A DNA stretch of 43,164 bases, taken from the NCBI GenBank assembly GCA_027019065.1, contig JALUXH010000192.1:1-43164 (forward strand). The letters run 5' to 3'. The position numbers and the translations under genes were made by a program. The notes under the pieces were generated by a model. It did not search any database. It had not been told where the DNA came from and saw nothing but the letters and a program-made list of their open reading frames with translations. This document shows positions 24,177-31,318 of the stretch, piece after piece. How positions within the stretch are numbered: the first letter of the stretch is position 1; the number at the start of each line of letters is the position of its first letter. This DNA comes from Anaerolineales bacterium (GTDB taxonomy: Bacteria > Chloroflexota > Anaerolineae > Anaerolineales > DRMV01).

Positions 24177-24205
24177 TTGACGCCGCAGGGGTCTTATGCT
24201 AAAGT
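24177..24205 (+). promoter_or_regulatory. Sigma70-type promoter for the cold-shock gene: -35 TTGACG, 17-nt spacer, extended -10 TGcTAAAGT
   Basis: TTGACG lies at 24177-24182 and TGCTAAAGT at 24197-24205. This predicts a 5' UTR of about 75 nt before the start at 24288. Confidence 0.55.
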
Positions 24206-24287
24206 AAAGTGGCAAGGCGGTAGTTTGGCGTGGCCGTGGCCGGCCCACCAGCGCCTGCCGAGCAATTTTCTTTCTGGAGGTGCTGTG

Positions 24288-24500
24288 GTGGCAGAGCGCC
24301 AAACCGGCACGGTCAAGTGGTTTAACGCCACAAAAGGTTACGGCTTCATTACTCCCGACGAAGGCCGCGATGTGTTTGTGCACTACAGCGGCATTCGGGG
24401 CACCGGCTATCGTTCGCTGGAAGAAGGGCAGCGGGTGGAGTTTGAGGTCGTGGATACCCCCAAGGGCCCTCAGGCCCAAGACGTGGTTGTCCTTGGCTGA
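24288..24500 (+). CDS. cspA: Cold-shock protein (CspA family)
   Basis: [15 protein letters not shown] (RNP1) and DVFVHYS (RNP2) motifs are present. The start is GTG, at 24288 or 24285, after GGAGG (24276-24280). Confidence 0.93.
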   Translation: MAERQTGTVKWFNATKGYGFITPDEGRDVFVHYSGIRGTGYRSLEEGQRVEFEVVDTPKGPQAQDVVVLG

Positions 24501-24519
24501 TTGAACCAACTTGACCAGC

Positions 24520-24550
24520 ACGAGCCTTTCCGGCCCGGCTCGTTGTGTTT
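24520..24550 (+). terminator. Possible terminator hairpin after csp
   Basis: A 7-bp stem acgagcc/ggctcgt with a 10-nt loop, followed by tgtgttt. The T-tract is weak. Confidence 0.35.
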
Positions 24551-24566
24551 AATCGCGGCGGCTCAG

Positions 24567-24632
24567 CCCCCCTCTCTTCTCCCACTGGGAGAGAGGAGAG
24601 GGGGGCGCGCAGCGGGGGTAAGGTGAGGGGGC
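24567..24632. repeat. C/G-homopolymer-rich imperfect palindrome between convergent csp and rsmD
   Basis: cccccctctcttctccca / tgggagagaggagagggggg form an imperfect hairpin, followed by gcgggggtaaggtgaggggg. The composition is similar to the palindrome inside the Y MITE. Confidence 0.6.
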
Positions 24633-24648
24633 TTAGATATGCTGATGC

Positions 24649-25212
24649 TCAACTGCGTAACATGAGCTGATAAAACACCAGCAACGTGCTGCCGTATTTC
24701 CGCCGGTCAAAAGGCGCCAGGTGTTCCAGCGCCACGTCGCGGTATTCGTTGGGGTGAATTTGCACAATGGCCCAGCCGTCTTCGGCCAGCCACTGGGGTT
24801 GGGCGTCTATCAGCCGCAGGGCCTTTTCCCACAGGCCGTGGTATTGCGGTGGGGCGATGTAAATGTAGTCAAAGGTGCGGTCGGCGGCCTGCTGAAGCAG
24901 GGCGAAAGCGTCCATGAAGCGTACTTCAGCGCGGGCGTCATCCAGGCCGCAGTGGCGCAAATTTTTCTTCACCGTTGCCAGTGCAGGGCGGCTCCATTCC
25001 ACGAACCGCACGAAGTCAGCGCCGCGGCTCAATGCTTCAATGCCCACGCTGCCCGTTCCGGCGAACAGGTCCAGCAGGGTGGCACCAACGATGTCGGCCC
25101 CGAGGATGTTGAAAAGGGCTTCCTTGACGCGGTCGGTGATCGGGCGGGTGCCTGTGCCGGGCACACTGTAAAGTTTGCGGCCTTTGGCAAGGCCGGAAAT
25201 CACTCGCGGCAT
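24649..25212 (-). CDS. rsmD: 16S rRNA (guanine966-N2)-methyltransferase
   Basis: The internal ATG at 25212 gives a 187-aa protein. It has RPITDRVKEALFNIL and the SAM motif DLFAGTGSVGIEALSRGA. The upstream ORF-track extension overlaps the neighbouring gene. Confidence 0.88.
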   Translation of the reverse strand: MPRVISGLAKGRKLYSVPGTGTRPITDRVKEALFNILGADIVGATLLDLFAGTGSVGIEALSRGADFVRFVEWSRPALATVKKNLRHCGLDDARAEVRFMDAFALLQQAADRTFDYIYIAPPQYHGLWEKALRLIDAQPQWLAEDGWAIVQIHPNEYRDVALEHLAPFDRRKYGSTLLVFYQLMLRS

Positions 25213-25237
25213 GGGGACCTCTGGGAAGGGGGCGGAA

Positions 25238-26416
25238 TCAGGCGGCCTGGATGATTTTGCCGAGCCGGGCATCTTCGTCGGCGCGCTGGCGGGCATAGGA
25301 AGCCATAAAAGCCGAATGCCGGAAGCGCAGGGCGAGGGGGGCAACCTCGCGCAGGTCGTCGGGTGTAACTTCGGTGCGGCCGTCGGCCGCCGCCCGCGCC
25401 CGGGCGGCTTCAAAGAGGGTGATTTCTGCCCGTAGTGAGGGGATGCCGAGGCGGGCAATCCATTGCAGGCCCAGCGCGGCGACTTCATCGGCCACACCCA
25501 CTTCCGGCAGGCGCTGGCGGGCTTCCTGAATTTCGGCGCGCAGGGCTGCAGTTTCTTCGGCGTAGCGGGCGAGAAACTGGCGCGGGTGCTCGCGGTAGGC
25601 ACGGGCGCGACGGTAGGCTTCCAGCCGCTCGGCGGGCTTTTGCAGCCCTTGCACCCATAGCCTCAGACCGAAACGGTCTAAAATTTGAGGCCGAAGCGCG
25701 CCTTCTTCAGGATTCATGGAGCCGATGAGCACAAAATGCGAGCGGTAGGTCGCGGCCAGCGCTCCCCGCCGCACGGTGTAGTGCCCCTGCGCGGCCGCGT
25801 CCAAAATGGCGTCGGCCACGGCATGATCAAGCAGGTTGACTTCGTCCACGTAAAGGATGTTGCGGTCGGCCAGCGCCAAAATGCCTTTGCGAATGCGGTG
25901 AGGGTTGCGGGCGTCGGGGCGGCCAAGCACATCGTCAAGGGGGGCGTGCAGGGGCAGTTCCACCAGCCGCACCCGGTCCATCACGGCCAGCGGTTCGCCT
26001 TCGGCATATTTGCGGGCGCAATCGGGGCATACGGCATCTATGCCGCCCTGCTCAATATCTTCGGGCAGGCAGCCGTAGAAGCACAGGCTGCGAGGCACTT
26101 TGGGGAGCAGGTCGGCCAGGGCGCGCACGGCGGTGGTTTTGGCCGTGCCCCGCGCGCCAAAAAGCAGCGCCCCTCCCACGGCAGGGTTGATGACGGCCAG
26201 CAGCAGCCCCAGTTTCATTTCCTGCTGGCCGACGATGGCGGCAAAGGGGAAGGCCAGCGGTTCGGCGAAACCGGCGTCTTCTTCGGGCTGCGGCGCGCTC
26301 GGCCTGCCCGCGGCGCGCGCGGCCAGCTCTTTCAGCGAACGGATGCCGCCGGGAAGCCGCACCGGTTCGCCGCCGGTGTCATCGGGGGCAGGGAATTGGG
26401 AAACGTCAGCAGGCAT
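25238..26416 (-). CDS. AAA+ ATPase of the Mg-chelatase subunit I (ChlI/BchI) family, orphan
   Basis: The ATG at 26416 gives a 392-aa protein. Motifs: FPFAAIVGQQEMK, Walker A GARGTAKT, Walker B LYVDEVNLL and the arginine-finger region PQILDRFGL. A Cys4 insert (CFYGC...CPDC) lies at nt 26018-26083. The ORF-track N-terminal extension runs through repeats. Confidence 0.8.
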   Translation of the reverse strand: MPADVSQFPAPDDTGGEPVRLPGGIRSLKELAARAAGRPSAPQPEEDAGFAEPLAFPFAAIVGQQEMKLGLLLAVINPAVGGALLFGARGTAKTTAVRALADLLPKVPRSLCFYGCLPEDIEQGGIDAVCPDCARKYAEGEPLAVMDRVRLVELPLHAPLDDVLGRPDARNPHRIRKGILALADRNILYVDEVNLLDHAVADAILDAAAQGHYTVRRGALAATYRSHFVLIGSMNPEEGALRPQILDRFGLRLWVQGLQKPAERLEAYRRARAYREHPRQFLARYAEETAALRAEIQEARQRLPEVGVADEVAALGLQWIARLGIPSLRAEITLFEAARARAAADGRTEVTPDDLREVAPLALRFRHSAFMASYARQRADEDARLGKIIQAA

Positions 26417-26502
26417 GGCAAAAGAAGAAGGTATGCTCCGCGGGAAAATCGGCCGGGGGTGGCCGCGGGTGCTCGCATTTTTAGAGTGGCAGGCGCCGGA
26501 AG

Positions 26503-26860
26503 CAACGCAAAGGCACAAAGAGGGCAAAGAACGCAAAGAAAAAAATTCGTAATTACCTACCCAAATCGTAGCGCTGGCAATGCAGGGCGTGTTTTCACAC
26601 CGCGTTTTCTTTGGCGCCGCTGCCGTTGCGTTGACCCCCACCCCCGTCCCCTCCCCGCATGCGGGGAGGGGAGCCAGGGGAGGGGTATGGCAAAGGCGCA
26701 GCGCCTCAAAACGCATGGAGGGCACCACAGCGTAGGCAGTTACAAAAATTCTGTGTTTTCTCTCGTTGTTCTGAGCCTTCTGGCCTGCTGGGTTTTTCTC
26801 TCTGCAGGTGCAGCATCTGCGCAATCTGCGGTTTTCTCTGCTGAGGCCGAACAGATACAG
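26503..26860. repeat. Intergenic mosaic repeat cluster D (K module, inserted Y MITE, S module, T module)
   Basis: K is at 26503-26548, S at 26752-26790 and T at 26817-26860 (ctgcgcaatctgcggttttctctgctgaggccgaacagatacag). K and S are contiguous once the MITE and one TSD copy are removed. Confidence 0.85.
26549..26743. mobile_element. MITE-like element (subtype Y), 195 bp, imperfect TIRs and 8-bp target-site duplication, nested inside another repeat
   Basis: The termini are gtaattacctac (26549-26560) and gtaggcagttac (26732-26743). The direct repeat aaaaattc is present on both flanks (26541-26548 and 26744-26751). A near-identical 195-bp copy lies at 29298-29492. It has an internal perfect 24-bp palindrome cccctccccgcatgcggggagggg (26648-26671). 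Confidence 0.8.
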
Positions 26861-26891
26861 AGGAGGGCCGGGGGGCACCCAGGTGCGGGCC

Positions 26892-27380
26892 TCAGCCGGC
26901 TTCCATTTGGGTGCGCTGCTTCAGGCGGAAGGCCTGACGGGCTTTGGCTTGCTCTATGCGGCGGCGGTGGGCTTCGGTTTCCGGAATCAGTTGCGGAATG
27001 GGCGCGGGGCGGCCTTCCTCATCCAGCGCCACATAAACCAGATAGGCTGTGTTGGTGTGGGTTTGCTCGCCGGTAATGGGATTTTCGGCCACCACCCGCA
27101 CCTCGGCTTCCATAGAGGTGCGCCCGGCGTATGAAACTTCGGCGGTCAGTGTGACCAGGTTGCCGACGTGAATCGGCTGGCGGAACATCATTTGGTCTAC
27201 GGCCACCGTCACGACGCGGCGGTTGGCAAAACGCATACAGGCCAGCGCACCGGCTTCGTCCACCAGTTTCATAATCCAGCCGCCGTGCACCGACCCGGCG
27301 CTGTTGGCGTGCTGGGGCTGCATCAGTTGGGAAATGGTGACCCGCGAGGCGCTCACGGGCTTGGCTGTGGGGCGGTTCAT
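26892..27380 (-). CDS. Acyl-CoA thioesterase (hotdog fold, YciA-like)
   Basis: 162-aa ORF with ANSAGSVHGGWIMKLVDEAG, typical of this family. Confidence 0.88.
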   Translation of the reverse strand: MNRPTAKPVSASRVTISQLMQPQHANSAGSVHGGWIMKLVDEAGALACMRFANRRVVTVAVDQMMFRQPIHVGNLVTLTAEVSYAGRTSMEAEVRVVAENPITGEQTHTNTAYLVYVALDEEGRPAPIPQLIPETEAHRRRIEQAKARQAFRLKQRTQMEAG

Positions 27381-27381
27381 G

Positions 27382-27750
27382 TCAGTTTTCCTGATAGGGG
27401 GGCAGCAATTGCGGTTGGGAGGCCAGCACGTCTACGGTGCCGGGCGGCAGTTTGGGCGGCGGGGGAGGCAGGGGCACCGTCCACGTGGTTTGGGGGGCAA
27501 AATCGGGCGGTTCCGGCGGAGCGATGGCCGGGTGCAGGTGTGCCGTGGCGGTGTGCCGCAGGATGCGGGCAAACCGGGGGTCGGGATCCAGGAAACCGGC
27601 ATATTCGCCGGTGACCGAATACACCGCACCGTCGGGCTTGACGAAACCGATCCATTGCCCTTTGGTGTTGAACAGGTAGGGGTAGCCGAGGAACCCGGCA
27701 ACTGTGCGCACAGAAGTGTAAATGGGAATCCAGCGAATGCTTTCTTGCAT
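27382..27750 (-). CDS. Hypothetical protein with Pro-rich C-terminal half
   Basis: 122-aa ORF packed between GtrA (12-nt gap) and the thioesterase (1-nt gap). The N-terminal half has beta-rich GxWIGFVxxDGxVYSxxGxYxGF-type motifs. The tail is PPEPPDFAPQTTWTVPLPPPPPKLPP. Confidence 0.55.
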   Translation of the reverse strand: MQESIRWIPIYTSVRTVAGFLGYPYLFNTKGQWIGFVKPDGAVYSVTGEYAGFLDPDPRFARILRHTATAHLHPAIAPPEPPDFAPQTTWTVPLPPPPPKLPPGTVDVLASQPQLLPPYQEN

Positions 27751-27762
27751 TGTAAACCTCGC

Positions 27763-28224
27763 TTAGGCGCCTAAAGCGACGTCGTTGTAAGTCCATACAC
27801 GGTTGGCGAAGAAATTCCACACCATGACGGTGAGGATGACCACGGCCAGCGAAAGGTTGTTGCCCCAAAAGGTCGGCGTGAGCGGCAGGGGAGGGACGAA
27901 ACGCCCCATCAGCGCGACCAGCGGCGGGTGGATGAGCGAGAACAGCAGCGTGCGAATGCCCAATCCCACCGCGCTCACCGTGCCGAACTGCGCCCACTGG
28001 TGCACGGCGTGTTTGCTGCGCGATTCGGGGAAAGTCCAATGGCGGTGCCAGAGGAAATTGTGGGTCATCGCGGTCAGGAAAGAAAACACGCTGCTCAGCA
28101 GCGGCGGCAGCCCGACCCACTGGGTGAGGAAGTTGAAGACGGCGAAATCCACCGCCGCGCCCAGCGAACCCACAAAAGCGAATTTGAGGAAACGCCGGCG
28201 CTCTTTGCGATGCTGCAAAATCAT
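27763..28224 (-). CDS. GtrA-family membrane protein
   Basis: 153-aa ORF with four hydrophobic helices and [23 protein letters not shown]. It has a 4-nt overlap with the upstream UXS gene. Confidence 0.85.
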   Translation of the reverse strand: MILQHRKERRRFLKFAFVGSLGAAVDFAVFNFLTQWVGLPPLLSSVFSFLTAMTHNFLWHRHWTFPESRSKHAVHQWAQFGTVSAVGLGIRTLLFSLIHPPLVALMGRFVPPLPLTPTFWGNNLSLAVVILTVMVWNFFANRVWTYNDVALGA

Positions 28225-29180
28225 GCGGCTTCCAGCCTCCGGCGGAAATCTTCAATGGTGCGCGCCAGGCCTTCTTCCAGCGGCACTTGGGGTTCCCAGC
28301 CCAGCACCTTGCGGGCGCGGCCGATGTCGGGGCAGCGGCGCTGGGGGTCGTCGCGGTCGCGGGCTTCCTTTTGGAAGACGACGCCTGCTTTGTTGCCGAG
28401 GATGCGGTTCACGGTTTGGGCGAGTTCCAGAATGGTGAACTCGGCGGGGTTGCCGATGTTGACCGGCTCGTGCTCGTCTGAAAGCAACAGGCGGTAGATG
28501 CCGTCAATGAGGTCGTCCACATAGCAGAAACTGCGGGTCTGGCTGCCATCGCCGTACACGGTCAGCGGTTCACCGCGCAGCGCCTGCTTGATAAAGTTGG
28601 GAATCACCCGTCCGTCATCCAGCCGCATCCGCGGCCCGTAGGTGTTGAAAATCCGCACGATGCGGGTATCCACGCCGTGAAAGCGGTGATAAGCCATGGT
28701 CATGGCTTCGGCGTAGCGTTTGGCTTCGTCGTACACCGAGCGCTCACCGATGGGGTTGACCTTGCCCCAGTAGCTTTCCGGCTGGGGGTGGATTTCGGGG
28801 TCGCCGTAAACCTCGCTGGTGGAAGCCATCAGGAAGCGCGCCCCGTGGGCTTTGGCGACGCCCAGGGCGTGATGGGTGCCCATGGCGCCCACTTTGAGCG
28901 TCTGGATGGGCAGGTTGGGGTAGCCGTAAGGCGACTTGCGGTTGGGGCTGGCGGGCGAGGCAAAGTGCAGCACGGCGTCCACCTTCCCCGACACGAAGAT
29001 GAACTGCGTGACATCGTGCCGGATGAACGAAAACCGCTCATGCCCGGCCAGGTGCGCCAGGTTTTGCGGGTCGCCGGTGAGGAAATTGTCCATGCCGATT
29101 ACTTCGTGCCCTTCGGCCAGCAGACGGTCGCACAGGTGTGAGCCTAAAAAGCCCGCGGCTCCGGTTATGAGAATGCGCAT
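28221..29180 (-). CDS. uxs: UDP-glucuronate decarboxylase (UDP-xylose synthase), extended SDR
   Basis: 319-aa ORF with the [16 protein letters not shown] Rossmann motif and YDEAKR catalytic motif. The overall pattern is typical of UXS. Confidence 0.9.
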   Translation of the reverse strand: MRILITGAAGFLGSHLCDRLLAEGHEVIGMDNFLTGDPQNLAHLAGHERFSFIRHDVTQFIFVSGKVDAVLHFASPASPNRKSPYGYPNLPIQTLKVGAMGTHHALGVAKAHGARFLMASTSEVYGDPEIHPQPESYWGKVNPIGERSVYDEAKRYAEAMTMAYHRFHGVDTRIVRIFNTYGPRMRLDDGRVIPNFIKQALRGEPLTVYGDGSQTRSFCYVDDLIDGIYRLLLSDEHEPVNIGNPAEFTILELAQTVNRILGNKAGVVFQKEARDRDDPQRRCPDIGRARKVLGWEPQVPLEEGLARTIEDFRRRLEAA

Positions 29181-29297
29181 AAGAGCTCTCCAAAGGTAAT
29201 TTATCCGTATCTATTCAGCCTCAGCCAAGAAAAACCGCAGATTCCGCAGAAAAAACATCCACCGATTGCACAGATGAGCACAGATTGGGCAAAAAAC

Positions 29298-29492
29298 GTA
29301 ATTACCTACCCAAATCGTAGCGCTGGCAATGCAGGGTGTGTTTTCACACCGCGTTTTCCTTTGGCACCGCCGCCGCTGCATTGACCCCACCCCCATCCCC
29401 TCCCCGCATGCGGGGAGGGGAGCAAGGGGAGGGGTATGGCAAAAGCACGGCGCATCAAGACGCATGGAGGGCACCCCAGCGTAGGCAGTTAC
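29298..29492. mobile_element. Second copy of the 195-bp Y MITE (no intact TSD)
   Basis: It aligns over its full length with 26549-26743, with scattered substitutions and small indels. It has the same termini and the same 24-bp palindrome (29397-29420). Confidence 0.75.
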
Positions 29493-29608
29493 TTGCAAGC
29501 GCTTTTTGGAGTGCGATGCCTTGGCACCGCTTTGGAAAGCGGCGACTCGTCGCCGCACTCCCAAAAAAACTGCCGCCAGAGGCGTTTTGCCACCACGTAG
29601 GTAATTAC
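29493..29608. repeat. Partial X module (reverse orientation) of the 17835-18039 MITE
   Basis: ttgcaagcgctttttggagtgcg...ccaccacgtaggtaattac is the reverse complement of 17835-17955, including the gcggcgac..gtcgccgc and ccgcttt..aaagcgg palindromes. Confidence 0.75.
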
Positions 29609-29676
29609 ACAGATTCTACGATCTACTTCCACCAGCCGAGCAGTTACGTTTTTGTGCTCATCTGTGAAATCGCATG

Positions 29677-31251
29677 TTACCGCCAGGCAATGCGGGTGGT
29701 CAGGCCGTCGCCGGTAATTTGCTGCGCTTTGCCGGTGATGCTGTCCACCAGGTAAATGTTGCCCTGCGAAAGCACGGCGAGGGCAAAGTGGCCGTTGGCC
29801 AGCGGCGCAGGCGACCATGTGAGCGGCTGCGGCACCAGCCCCAGCGCCCCCTCCGGCGGGAACAGCACCTGCCGGTTTGAGCCGTCCCTGTCCATCACCA
29901 CCAGCCGATAGCGGCTGATATCGCTTTTTTGCGGAAAAATGGCCTGCAGGAAAGCGACCTGATAGCCGCCGGGCTGCGACGGCGACGGCGCAGGGGAAGC
30001 AAACATGCCGACATCCGGCACCAGCGTGATCGCCCGGTGCAGGGGCAGCACATAAGCCGTGAGGTCAAAGCGCGGGGAGGTTTCCCGCCCGCTGCCGCTG
30101 CCGCCGTGGGTGACGGTGAAAAGCACCTGTCCATCGGGGCTCCACCCCAGCGGCGGCACCCAGGCCCAGTCGGCGCGGGTCTGGTAAGGCACGATGGGCA
30201 GCCATTTTTCCAGCCCAACATCCTGGTCAAAGCCGTACCCGCCGACGGCGTCCGGCCGGGCAAAAGCCATTTGCACGCCGACCGGCGTCCAGGCGAAAGC
30301 CGTGCCCCACCAGCCGTAAATGCCGCCGGCGTTGGCTTCCAGGCGCAGCCGCGGGCTTGAAATCCAGCCGGTGGTGCTGAAGCTCAGGGTGTAGAGGTCG
30401 TTGTTGGCCTGCCAGCCGGGGGCCTGCGGGCGCGGTTCCACGGTGGAATAGGCAATCGTGTACGAAGAATACGGCGCGAAATCGGCAAAGTGGACGATGT
30501 TTTTCACGCCCAGGTCGGTTAGTTTGGGTGGGTCGGTGCTCAGATCGGCCAGCCAAAGGCTGTTGAGCGCCTTTTTGCCTTTCCCCTTGCGGGTGAAGAG
30601 CAGGAAGCGGCGGTTTGGGGAAAGCGCAAACACCCGGCCGTCCAGGTCGCCCGTGGTGACAATGGGACGGCGCTCGCCGGTGTTGCCGTCCATCAGCCAG
30701 GCGTTGCCGCCGGCCAGGTACGCCAGTTTACCAGGAATGGGCTGCGGTGAAAAGGGCGTTTGCACGCCCACCATCACGATTTCCGGCACCGGCTGCCTGA
30801 CCACCACCGTTTTGACGGGCTGGTTGGAAACCTGCTGCCCGTTTTCCAGCACTTCGCGGTAGGTGACTTCCCGCCGCCCGTTCTCGCCGGCCTGGATGAG
30901 GCGGGTTTCCCCTTCGGGCAGCGCCTCGTTGCGCAGTACTTTCCGCTCAAAGGGGATGATTTCTTCCCGCACCGTAAATTTTTCTTTCACCCGCACCACT
31001 TGCACCTGCCCGCCGTCGTTGAGCACGGTATAGGCCGGCGGCTCGGTGCGGTCCAGGTTGCCCAGTTTGACCTGCGCGGCTGCCAGGGCTTGCCGGGCGG
31101 TGCTTCCGGCGGGCAGATGGACTTTGTGCGTCTGGCCGTCGGCTTTCACCGTGACGGCAATGGTGCCTTGTGCCCGCCGCGGCGCGACGCATCCTCCCAG
31201 CAGCAGGGCAAGGGCGAGCAGCAGCAACCCGAAAGCAAAGCGAGGCTTCAT
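29677..31251 (-). CDS. Lipoprotein with DUF348-like + G5 domains and a C-terminal beta-propeller-like (TolB-like) region
   Basis: The ATG at 31251 gives MKPRFAFGLLLLALALLLGGC, a lipobox. The G5 signature is ...EEIIPFERKVLRNEALPEGETRLIQAGENGRREVTYREVLENG...IVMVGV. The C-terminal approximately 360 aa are beta-rich with W/G/D periodicity. Confidence 0.75.
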   Translation of the reverse strand: MKPRFAFGLLLLALALLLGGCVAPRRAQGTIAVTVKADGQTHKVHLPAGSTARQALAAAQVKLGNLDRTEPPAYTVLNDGGQVQVVRVKEKFTVREEIIPFERKVLRNEALPEGETRLIQAGENGRREVTYREVLENGQQVSNQPVKTVVVRQPVPEIVMVGVQTPFSPQPIPGKLAYLAGGNAWLMDGNTGERRPIVTTGDLDGRVFALSPNRRFLLFTRKGKGKKALNSLWLADLSTDPPKLTDLGVKNIVHFADFAPYSSYTIAYSTVEPRPQAPGWQANNDLYTLSFSTTGWISSPRLRLEANAGGIYGWWGTAFAWTPVGVQMAFARPDAVGGYGFDQDVGLEKWLPIVPYQTRADWAWVPPLGWSPDGQVLFTVTHGGSGSGRETSPRFDLTAYVLPLHRAITLVPDVGMFASPAPSPSQPGGYQVAFLQAIFPQKSDISRYRLVVMDRDGSNRQVLFPPEGALGLVPQPLTWSPAPLANGHFALAVLSQGNIYLVDSITGKAQQITGDGLTTRIAWR

Positions 31252-31259
31252 AAGCGGGG

Positions 31260-31268
31260 TGGTATAAT
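31260..31268 (+). promoter_or_regulatory. Extended -10 promoter element (TGGTATAAT) for scpB-rluB
   Basis: Exact TGnTATAAT in the divergent intergenic region, about 50 nt upstream of the scpB start. Confidence 0.5.
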
Positions 31269-31318
31269 CGGGCGTTAGTCGTAAGGCGGCCGAGAGAAGC
31301 ATTTTCGGCAAGGTGCCG

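Larger units (their letters stand above)
29207..29676. repeat. Intergenic mosaic repeat cluster E (T module, inverted S arms, Y MITE copy abutting a half X element)
   Basis: T in reverse orientation is at 29207-29249. The S arm at 29270-29297 is inverted relative to 29647-29670 (cacagatgagcaca...aaaaac versus gtttttgtgctcatctgtg). Y is at 29298-29492 and X in reverse orientation at 29493-29608. Confidence 0.85.

Noticed and set aside
25238-26416. Reading the BchI-like gene as evidence that the organism is a phototroph
   Set aside because: No BchD, BchH or other photosynthesis genes are in 43 kb. ChlI-family ATPases also occur in non-phototrophs. The inference is not supportable from this window.
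26417-26878. N-terminal 154-codon extension of the ChlI-like ORF (ORF track start 26878)
   Set aside because: The extension is translated straight through the K, Y, S and T repeat modules (e.g. ...PLAPLPACGEGTGVG... from the palindrome). The internal ATG at 26416 gives a normal family N-terminus.
26503-29676. Possibility that the repeat clusters are a CRISPR array or a remnant of one
   Set aside because: There is no regular repeat-spacer periodicity. The repeats are heterogeneous modules of 25-195 bp in both orientations, separated by a four-gene operon. No cas genes are present in the window.
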